Below, in pieces: positions 49,619 through 61,300 of a stretch of DNA of 64,000 nt. A program made the translations under genes and the position numbers. Below the pieces are notes generated by a model, which was given only the letters and a program-made list of their open reading frames with translations, made no database searches and was not told the DNA's origin. This DNA is from Macrostomum lignano (Eukaryota), in assembly GCA_002269645.1 (NCBI GenBank), contig NIVC01002221.1:62001-126000 (forward strand), given 5' to 3'. The stretch's first letter is position 1. Every line of letters starts with the position of its first letter.

Positions 49619-51145
49619 CACAGAATCGATGCCAGACACTCAGTGAGACACAGAATCGATGCCAGACACTCAGTGAGACACAGAATCGATGCCAGACACT
49701 CAGTGAGACACAGAATCGATGCCAGACACTCAGTGAGACACAGAACCGATGCCAGACACTCAGTGAGACACAGAATCGATGCCAGACACTCAGTGAGACA
49801 CAGACAGATGCCAGACACTCAGTGAGACACAGACAGATGCCAGACACTCAGTGAGACACAGAACCGATGCCAGACACTCAGTGAGACACAGAATCGATGC
49901 CAGACAGACACTCAGTGAGACACAGAATCGATGTCAGACACTCAGTGAGACACAGAACCGATGCCAGACACTCAGTGAGACACAGAACCGATGCCAGACA
50001 CTCAGTAAGACACAGACAGATGCCAGACACTCAGTGAGACACAGAACCGATGCCAGACACTCAGTGAGACACAGAATCGATGCCAGACACTCAGTGAGAC
50101 ACAGTCGGACAGACACTCAGTGAGACACAGTCGGACAGACCGATGCCAGTCACTCAGTGAGACACAGAATCGATGCCAGACACTCAGTGAGACACAGAAT
50201 CGATGCCAGACACTCAGTGAGACACAGAATCGATGCCAGACACTCAGTGAGACACAGAATCGATGCCAGACAGACACTCAGTGAGACACAGAATCGATGT
50301 CAGACACTCAGTGAGACACAGAACCGATGCCAGACACTCAGTGAGACACAGAACCGATGCCAGACACTCAGTAAGACACAGACAGATGCCAGACACTCAG
50401 TGAGACACAGAATCGATGCCAGACACTCAGTGAGACACAGAATCGATGCCAGACACTCAGTGAGACACAGTCGGACAGACACTCAGTGAGACACAGAATC
50501 GATGCCAGACAGACACTCGGACAGACACCAGACAGACAGTGAGACACAGAATCGATGTCAGACACTCAGTGAGACACAGACACTCGGACAGACACTCAGT
50601 GAGACACAGAACCGATGCCAGACACTCAGTGAGACACAGACAGATGCCAGACACTCAGTGAGACACAGAATCGATGCCAGACACTCAGTGAGACACAGAA
50701 TCGATGCCAGACACTCAGTGAGACACAGTCGGACAGACACTCAGTGAGACACAGAATCGATGCCAGACAGACACTCGGACAGACACCAGACAGACAGTGA
50801 GACACAGAATCGATGTCAGACACTCAGTGAGACACAGAATCGATGCCAGACAGTGAGACACAGAATCGATGCCAGACAGACACTCAGTGGGACACAGAAT
50901 CGATGCCAGACAGTGAGACACAGAATCGATGCCAGACAGACACTCAGTGGGACACAGAATCGATGTCAGACACTCAGTGAGACACAATCGATGCCAGACA
51001 GACACTCAGTGGGACACAGAATCGATGTCAGACACTCAGTGGGACACAGAATCGATGTCAGACACTCAGTGAGACACAGAATCGATGCCAGACAGACACT
51101 CAGTGAGACACAGAATCGATGCCAGACAGACACTCAGTGGGACAG
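49619..51145. repeat. 30-bp minisatellite with higher-order blocks
   Basis: Unit CAGAATCGATGCCAGACACTCAGTGAGACA. The marker GTCGGAC at 50104, 50470 and 50728 shows block duplications of 366 and 258 bp. Confidence 0.95.
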
Positions 51146-51877
51146 AATATCAGTTAACCAGACAATGTGACACACCGATCATATTTCAACTGTCATTAGC
51201 TCCGTTATGCTGATGGATTGACATGCACTCAGAACACTTCAATTTTGCTACTTGTATTGAAATATAACGTAAGTATAAATGTATATCACGTTATCTACAT
51301 GTAGTTCAGTACGTAATCATTAAATGCGTGTAGTTTTACATTTTGTTGGTTTATATTAACTAAGCCTAATTAATTTCATATCAAAAAAGCAATAAAGATA
51401 CAAAACAATTTCAAATTTTTACAACCCAAGGCTTGTTGAAATCTTTTTTTTGTAATTTAGATTTTAAAACTTTTGTGCACTGTCTAACCGTCTACTTTGA
51501 TAATAAAATAATGCAAGCATACAGTACGCGTGTTCCATGGTGACTTTGAGTATTGATGTACTTTTATTTGAAGTTTAATAGTACATATAGAGACTGATTC
51601 TGTACAGGTGATATAGCTATTAGTTCACTGATGACATTTAGGTGATTAATAATTTATTATTACTGACTTTTCAATAGGAATAATTAGCAAATATTCAAAT
51701 AAAACCGAGATTAAACTGATTCCTTGCTTTATAACCTGGCAACCTGCATATTGCCAAGCACGATATTGTCATCCAGCTCTGTGTCCGCCTCCCTGACTGC
51801 CAAGCCGGGCGGACCGTCTGCAATAACAACAAAGCGGAGACAGGAAAGATCACTGGGCTGTTGTGCGGTGGGTAGAA

Positions 51878-53310
51878 TGGGTGGATTTGTGTGGGTAGAT
51901 TACGGATTGGGTAGATTTGAGTGGATAGATTGTGGATTGGGTAGATTTGAGTGGATAGATTGTGGATTGGGTAGATTTGAGTGGGTAGACTGTGGATTGG
52001 GTAGATTTGAGTGGGTAGATTGTGGATTGGGTAGATTTGAGTGGGTAGACTGTGGATCGGGTAGATTTGAGTGGGTAGACTGTAGATCGGGTAGATTTGA
52101 GTGGATAGATTGTGGATTAGGTAGATTTGAGTGGGTAGACTGTGGATTGGGTGGATTTGAGTGGGTAGACTGTGGATTGGGTGGATTTGAGTGGGTAGAC
52201 TGTGGATTGGGTGGATTTGAGTGGGTAGACTGTGGATTGGGTGGATTTGAGTGGGTAGACTGTGGATTGGGTGGATTTGAGTGGGTAGACTGTGGATTGG
52301 GTGGATTTGAGTGGATAGATTGTGGATTGAGTAGATTTGAGTGGATAGACTGTGGATTGGGTGGATTTGAGTGGGTAGACTGTGGATTGGGTGGATTTGA
52401 GTGGATAGATTGTGGATTGAGTAGATTTGAGTGGATAGACTGTGGATTGGGTGGATTTGAGTGGGTAGACTGTGGATTGGGTAGATTTGAGTGGGTAGAC
52501 TATGGATTGGGTGGATTTAAGTGGATAGATTGTGGATTGGGTGGATTTAAGTGGATAGATTGTGGATTGGGTGGATTTGAGTGGGTAGACTGTGGATTGG
52601 GTGGATTTGAGTGGGTAGACTGTGGATTGGGTGGATTTGAGTGGATAGATTGTGGATTGGGTAGATTTGAGTGGATAGACTGTGGATTGGGTGGATTTAA
52701 GTGGATAGATTGTGGATTGGGTGGATTTAAGTGGATAGATTGTGGATTGGGTAGATTTGAGTGGATAGATTGTGGATTGAGTAGATTTGAGTGGGTAGAC
52801 TGTGGATTGGGTGGATTTGAGTGGGTAGACTGTGGATTGGGTGGATTTGAGTGGGTAGACTGTGGATTGGGTGGATTTGAGTGGATAGATTGTGGATTGG
52901 GTAGATTTGAGTGGATAGATTGTGGATTGGGTGGATTTGAGTGGGTAGACTGTGGATTGGGTGGATTTGAGTGGATAGATTGTGGATTGGGTAGATTTGA
53001 GTGGATAGATTGTGGATTGGGTGGATTTGAGTGGATAGATTGTGGATTGGGTGGATTTGAGTGGATAGATTGTGGATTGGGTAGATTTGAGTGGATAGAT
53101 TGTGGATTGGGTAGATTTGAGTGGATAGATTGTGGATTGGGTAGATTTGAGTGGATAGATTGTGGATTGGGTGGATTTGAGTGGATAGATTGTGGATTGG
53201 GTAGATTTGAGTGGATAGATTGTGGATTGGGTAGATTTGAGTGGATAGATTGTGGATTGGGTAGATTTGAGTGGATAGATTGTGGATTGGGTAGATTTGA
53301 GTGGATAGAT
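51878..53310. repeat. 30-bp minisatellite
   Basis: Unit TGTGGATTGGGT(A/G)GATTTGAGTGG(A/G)TAGA(T/C). Confidence 0.97.
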
Positions 53311-54011
53311 TAATTTAGTTTAGTTTAGACAGTGGATAAATTTGAGAGGCTAAATAACACTTGAACAGATATTTGAATACATAAAAATGTAACGCAAATA
53401 AAATAACAAAATTCGAAGTCCTCTAATCAGAATTTTGTTCAGAGTTTAAGACGTTTTACAGGATGCAGTTCCTGTACAAGCCGGCTTGACTTTAAACTGC
53501 TGCTACTACTCACAGCCTACGCATGCGAGTAGTATATGCAAATCTACACCAGTTTTAGGTTTAATTTAATACTTCGCATCAATAAAATCTCAATTCGACT
53601 CGCTCGCAAACATATCAGGCAAGTGAAAAAGTACATTTAATAAAAACCAACACTCCAAGGAAAGAATATTTTTAGTCTTGGCGCCACACAAAAAATAAAC
53701 TGATAAACGTCCGTTTCTACTCAATCATGCTAGAAAAAGTAGTATGGCGATGAGAAAAACACCTGTAAATATGGAATGATAAATAGGTCAAATTAATACA
53801 AAAAGGTAAGCGGTTAAACACGAGATTAGGTGAGAAGATCCGGTGTCCCAGAAGCGTTTCAGAAAAAATAGACATTAACAGAGAGGTTCACTAGAAAGTA
53901 CAGAATTTCACTGCATTCTGTGGAGACTCGAGCATTTAGCAGCTGATAAACCTCTACATGTATATAAAAGAAATATGCCACATTAGAACTGCTCTATCTA
54001 CGAATACCTAT

Positions 54012-54800
54012 GTCTAACAGGTGACATTCCCTATCTAACAGGTGAAATTCCCCTGTCTAACAGGTGACACTAATGTCTAACATGTGACATTCCCTGTCAA
54101 ACAGGTGACATTCCCTGTCTAATAGGTGACACCCATGTCTAACATGTGACATTCCCTGTCCAACAGGTGACATTCTCTGTCTAATAGGTGACACCCATGT
54201 CTAACATGTGACATTCCCTGTCCAACAGGTGACATTCCCTGTCTAATAGGTGACATTCCCTGTCCAACAGGTGACATTCCCTGTCCAACAGGTGACATTC
54301 CCTGTCCAACAGGTGACATTCCCTGTCCAACAGGTGACATTCCCTGTCTAATAGGTGACACCAATGTCTAACATGTGACATTCCCTGTCCAACAGGTGAC
54401 ATTCCCTGTCTAATAGGTGACACCCATGTCTAACAGGTGACACCCATGTCTAACAGGTGACATTACATGTCTAACAGGTGACACCCATGTCTAACAGGTG
54501 ACATTAGCTGTCTAATAGGTGACACCAATGTCTAACATGTGACATTCTCTGTCTAACAGGTGACACCAATGTCTAACATGTGACATTCCCTGTCCAACAG
54601 GTGACATTCGATGTCCAACAGGTGACACCAATGCCTGACAGGTGACATTCCCTGTCCAATAGGTGACATTCCCTGTCTAACAGGTGACACCCATGCCTCA
54701 CAGGTGACATTTCCTATCTAACAACAGATGACAACAGGTAATACCATGTCTAACAAATGACACCTTAAAACGTGACATTTCCCTGTCTAGCAGGTGACAC
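54012..54800. repeat. 20-21-bp minisatellite
   Basis: Units GTCTAACAGGTGACATTCCCT / GTCTAACAGGTGACACCCAT. Confidence 0.94.
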
Positions 54801-55312
54801 CGCAGTACATCATTGTGAACTTCAGAAATAAGAGCTACATTAAATCACTTCAACGAGCCCAAACCAATTATTAAAAATGTAAAAAAGTGCAAAAATGCAA
54901 AACTTCCAACACAGCCATACGCGCAATGTACAAAGACATGCACTGTTACTATTATAAAATAATAACAGTACATCAGGTCAATGTAATACATAAAGTGCCA
55001 ATGTTCTACATCTGGTTAGCTATTAAATAATGATAACAATTCAGCTAAACAATTATTGAATGGAAAAATAAATATCAATCGCCCATTAGTAATAGAAAAA
55101 ATTAACAAAATGCAAATTATACATCGCATTATACAGCTACTACTGTTGAAAGTAGAGTAGACAGACTTTAATAAACACTTGCGATCAACTTTCCGATAGG
55201 TTACTTAGTCATGCAAATCCGATAAAATGCGTTTTTATATGAAATATCCGATCCCCCAGCCCTGTGGACTAAACTAAAACAAAAATAATAACGAAACAAA
55301 ATTGGCGCCAAT

Positions 55313-58300
55313 TCAAATGAGGCGCTCCTCAGTGGGCGGCCTGAGCCCTGACAGGGTAGCAGTTTTATTACCGTGATTGGTCTCCTCCTTGGATGGCCGG
55401 TATTGTCCGGTCTCGGAGCGCCGGTTGCGTGCGAGTTTGATCAGCACAACAGCAACTAGAATTGCGGCGGTAGTTCGGTTAAACAAAAAATAATTAGTGG
55501 CTAAATATTTCATATTTATATGTAAAACAACAGCAACTAATTAACCAAATTTATTCTAAACCAAAAAGTAAAAAAGCAATAAGCATGCAATACAAATAAG
55601 CTTAACTGGTGCCTTCTTAACAGGTATCTGTCTCATGTCTAACAGGTATCTGTCTCATGTCTAACAGGTATCTGTCTCATGTCTAACAGATATCTGTCTC
55701 GTGTCTAACAGGTACCGTCTCATGTCTAACAGGTACCGTCTCATGTCTAACAGGTATCTGTCTCATGTCTAACAGGTACCGTCTCATGTCTAACAGGTAC
55801 CGTCTCATGTCTAACAGGTATCTGTCTCATGTCTAACAGGTATCTGTCTCATGTCTAACAGATATCTGTCTCGTGTCTAAAAGGTATCTGTCTCGTGTCT
55901 AAAAGGTATCTGTCTCATGTCTAACAGGTATCTATCTCATGTCTAACAGGTATGTCTCATGTCTAACAGGTATCTGTCTCATGTCTAACAGATACCTGTC
56001 TCATGTCTAACAGGTATCTGTCTCGTGTCTAAAAGGTATCTGTCTCGTGTCTAGCAGGTATCTGTCTCATGTCTAACAGGTATCTATCTCATGTCTAACA
56101 GGTATGTCTCATGTCTAACAGGTATCTGTCTCATGTCTAACAGATACCTGTCTCATGTCTAACAGGTATCTGTCTCGTGTCAAACAGGTATCTGTCTCAT
56201 GTCTAACAGGTATCTGTCTCGTGTCAAACAGGTATCTGTCTTATGTCTAACAGGTATCTGTCTCATGTCTAGCAGTTATGTCTCATGTCTAACAGGTATC
56301 TGTCTCGTGTCTAACAGGTATCTGTCTCGTGTCTAGCAGGTATCTGTCTCATGTCTAACAGGTATCTGTATCATGTCTAACAGGTACCGTCTCATGTCTA
56401 ACAGGTATCTGTCTCATGTCTAACAGGTACCGTCTTAACAATAGACATATCTGCCTCTTCGCGATACCTCTTACTTTCTACTGCTATGAGTAGACACCGG
56501 CAAACATGCTAATAAAAAAGAGAACGGGGAATCACATCTACTAGGCCATAAACCAGCCAGCTACTCACTAATGACAACAACAAGCAGCAGCGCCAGGACG
56601 CTCAGCGCCACCACCACCGGGGTGGAGACGCCGGCCACAGCCGGGGCGCAGGGCACGACGCTGCAGTCGGCGCTGCCGCAGGCGGCACCAGAGAAGCCGG
56701 GCCGGCAGACGCACTCTCGATAGTTCCACAGATCCACGCAGCGGCCGGAGTTTAAACAGGCTGTCAGTGGCTTGAGTTCACACACCGGGTCGCCATGGCA
56801 ACCAATCAGGGGTGGCTGAGGCGCGCTCCCATTGGCTGGCCAATCAACGTAGCGGACGAAGCCGGGCTCTCCGGCTGGCTGCGACCAATCAGAGAGCGGC
56901 AGCAGCCGGCCGTTCAGTCTGACTTCGTCTAGGCAGCCCTTGAATCCGTCGCCAACCGTTGCTATGGCAACGGAATCAAGCGTCAGACTGGCATTTGGCA
57001 AACTCTCCGAGCTTTCCGCCAGCCACAACTTTGAGTCATTGCTCAGGCTGGTCACCTGCAGCTCTAGCGGGTTGTTCGGTTCGGTGGTTACGTTAAATCG
57101 ATAAAATTCTCCGGTTGCTAAGGACGCCACAGTTGTAGCCGTTCGGTTGTCAAGGCTGGCCGTCAGCTGGCCGGTCGGCGTCAGGGCGATGCTCAGCAGG
57201 CGGTCGGCCCGCCTGATGGACAGGAGAGTCGGGGCCCGGCCGCTGCCATCGCTGCTGCTATTTGACGCAGAACTCAACGCCTGTCGAGTGCGCACCAAGC
57301 CGACAATGGCTGTCAGCGGCTCGTCGAGGCTGTCAGAGGGCGACAGGCGCCACGCGGACGACGAAGGCGAGGGCGAGGCTTGGCTGTAGCTGAAAGTGGC
57401 GGCAGCGCGACCTGCGAATGATGGAATTGATAGCGAGAGAGAATAGAGAGAACAGTAAGAGACTAGAGGTGTTTCTATATTTAGCTCAGGGCTAAGACCA
57501 CGCTGTGTATTATGTAACTGACTTCAGAGAAATCTCCACAAACAGCTGCGTACTAACCGCCGCCAACTATGCTTAACTTTTGTAGATGCCAACGGCCTCC
57601 CTCGAGGCTACGATGCAAAAGTTGTATCGTAATAAATAATACCAATTGATTACCCCTGCTCTAATGTGCAGATATGCAACCGACAGCTCAGCCGCAGCTA
57701 TTGCGCGGCGCATCTGAAGGCTGCGTACAATTAGCCCAGCTAATCCTGGCACCCATTTCACAGCTGGGTGAACCGAAGTGTCTTGCTCAAGGACACAAAT
57801 TGTTCCGAGGGTGCCCGAGAATCGAACCCCTGACCTTTCAGTCGTGAGTCCGACGTTCTAAGCAGCAGGCTACAACCCCTATTGTGGCCTTTTGTATCTT
57901 AAGTAAAAACACTTGCAGTAGCAGATAGAATGTATGTTTTCGTTATTTTTTGTTAAGGTATTTTTCCCCTGTATTGCTACTATAAGTAAAGCAGTTAATG
58001 AAGTTTATTATAGGTAATTTCAAACGTTCAATATTCTATTATTTCTACTGTAAGTAAAGTATTACCGAAAATGCGATAATACTGGTCAAATTCGCTAGCA
58101 TTTCTGCTCAACACAGTCTCCAGATGCAAGCTTATCATATTTAATTCAAACAGCGACCACAGGCTCCAGGTACAGGACAGCAGAGCCCTACTAATCAATT
58201 AGTCATGAATAGCCGAGCTTTGAGAGAGGAAATTACTGAGCACTTCCCCATTTCTCCCGTCTTTTGTCTCCCTAACCTATTCTTAGAAACGCTTCTCTTC

Positions 58301-61300
58301 AATCAATCAAAAAGGGGAATTTAATCCCTCCACTTCCTAATCCGTTTCGTTGGGTTGGCAACTCTTCGTGACAGTGTGTGAATAATGAGGTTTCTTAACA
58401 CTTGGGCCTGCACTTTTTAATATCCGTCAACAAACTCCCTGCCACTAATATTTCCCAAGCCTGAACTACTATTAGTAGGGTAAAAGCATATCTACTTAGC
58501 TGTCTGCCCGATTACAGAAGCTTCAAATAATCGCAACAGATTTGATAGGAAAGTTAACCATGAGTGAAAAATTTTTCGAATTATCGTACGAACATATTGT
58601 ACTAGTAACCTAAAGTGCACTTTAGAATCCTACAGACTAGTACATATGCTCTTTAATATCGTCGTAAAGATTAATCAGACAGGTAGCCATGCAGCTCGGA
58701 CACTCTCGCTAGGTTTCCAGTTAGAACCGAAACGACAATAAAGTACAAGCTGCACTTACACTCGAACGTGCGCGGCGTCATATTGACGCAGGCGCTGCCG
58801 TTGGGACACGAGCGCCTGGCGCAGAAGTCGATGGCGCTACAGTTGGCGCCTATCCAGCCGGAGGCGCAGCTGCAGCTATAAAAGTGCGCAAAAAATTCAT
58901 GTTAAAAATCATTTTTAGTTCTAAACCCCCCAAAATCCAAACCCCCCACAAATCCGAAACCCCCAAATCCAAAACCCCCACAAATCCAAACCCCCCACAA
59001 ATCCAAACCCCCAAAATCCGAAACCCCCAAATCCAAAACCCCCACAAATCCAAACCCCCACAAATCCAAACCCCCACAAATCCAAACCCCCACAAATCCA
59101 AAACCCCCACAAATCCAAACCCTCCAAATCCGAACCCCCAAATCCAAAACCCCAAATCCAAAACCCCCACAAATCCAAACCCCCACAAATCCAAACCCCC
59201 AAATCCAAAACCCCAAATCCAAAACCCACACAAATCCAAAACCCCCACAAATCCAAAACCCCCACAAATCCAAAACCCCAAATCCAAAACCCCCACAAAT
59301 CCAAAACCCCTAAAATTCCAAAACCCCAAATCCAAAACCCCTAAAATTCCAAAACCCAAATCCAAAACCCCCACAAATCCGAAACCCCCCAAATCCAAAA
59401 CCCCTAAAATTCCAAAACCCCAAATGCAAAACCCCAACTCCAACTTGGGGTTACAAAGCCCCAACTCTAAACTTTCAACTAATCTGAACACCGACTACTT
59501 TCCAAAACTCCCAGTAGCCGAAGAAGGCAACTCACGTGGAGTTGCTATCCACGCATCTGTCCCGCACCGAGCACACGCTGGAGTTGCAGTCGTCAATGTC
59601 CACGCTGCAGTTGCGGCCCTCCCAGCCCTGGTAGCAGGAGCAGCTGTAGTTGTTCAGCAAGTCCCGGCAGATCCCGTTCACACAGGGCTTCGACGAGCAT
59701 TCGTTGATGTCTTTGTCGCATCGAACGCCTGCAGCATGTTTTGTAGTGACATTGTAACATATGAGTAGTGACGTTCCGGATACAGCTTTGGGAACAGACA
59801 CTCAAGATCCTATATGCTAAAAATTCCAATCTAACAGACACTCAAGATCCCATCTAACAGACACTCAAGATCCCATCTAACAGACACCCAAGATCCCATC
59901 TAAAAGACACTCAAGATCCCATCTAACAGACACTCAAGATCACATCTAACAGACACCCAAGATCACATCTAAAAGACACTCAAGATCCCATCTAACAGAC
60001 ACTCAAGATCCCATCTAACAGACACTCAAGATCCCATCTAACAGACACTCAAGATCCCATCTAACAGACACTCAAGATCACATCTAACAGACACTCAAGA
60101 TCACATCTAACAGACACTCAAGATCCCATCTAACAGACACTCAAGATCCCATCTAACAGACACTCAAGATCACATCTAACAGACACTCAAGATCCCATCT
60201 AACAGACACCCAAGATCCCATCTAACAGACACCCAAGATCCCATCTAACAGACACCCAAGATCCCATCTAACAGACACTCAAGATCCCATCTAACAAACA
60301 CCCAAGATCCCATCTAACAGACACTCAAGATCCCATCTAACAGACACCCAAGATCCCATCTAACAGACACCCAAGACCCAATGGACTACCAGAAGCAGAA
60401 AATACTTGACTGGTTGATTGACGCTTTTTTCCAACACTGCTGTGCAGCAATTTTGAACCGCATGGTTCCTAGTGGCTTAAAAAAGCAGATCAATAGACTC
60501 AAGTGTATTCCAGCATTGCCAGGCTACTCACACGACAGCCGCATACACAATGCTTTCTCAACTGAGCCCACAATGCGTTACTTTGTTTCCCAGGCTTTAA
60601 GCCAAAAGAGTAGGGTAAACGGCCGGAGTAAATATATCACTAACAACGCCTCGTCACCTTGTTAGCGATTGCCCGCGCCGACTAGCGATCTCAAAGCCTC
60701 TACAAAGCAACTCAAAATCACGGCAGCAGACCTTCGTTATTGCACGCGACGCCGCCCTGAAGCACTTGTCAGAAAATGTTTTAGTATGCTAGAAAACTAC
60801 TTGAAACTAACAATTCTACTCGTATTTTATTGACACGCTTTGCTCCGCTTCCAGCTGTTGTTGGAATGAAAGAACTTATACTCGTAGTTAGCTTAAGTTT
60901 TGCTATTTTTTTAACAAGCTGGCCACATGGGCGAGGCTGCGCAAAAAGCTACACGCACTCGTGCCATGGCACAAATAGCATAGCAACAATGCCCCAGCAT
61001 CGTATGAAAGATTCTTTTGATTGCAAGCTGAATAACTTTTAAGATACATTAACTCTTAAGCCTTACTCTTAACTCCTAAGACTCGACTCAAGATCTCACC
61101 TAACAGACAATCAAGATCCCATCTAACAGACTGAATATCCCATCTAACAGACTCAAGATCCCATTTAACAGACTCAAGATCCCATCTAACAGACTCAAGA
61201 TCCCATCTAACAGACTCAAGATCCCACCTAACAGACTCAAGATCCCATCTAACAGACTCAAGATCCCATCTAACAGACTCAAGATCCCATCTAACAGACT

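Noticed and set aside
60381-61042. Plus-strand ORFs and a minus donor-like site in the unique island of crumbs intron 2
   Set aside because: No recognisable domain, and the only open candidate exon is phase 0 within a phase-1 intron.
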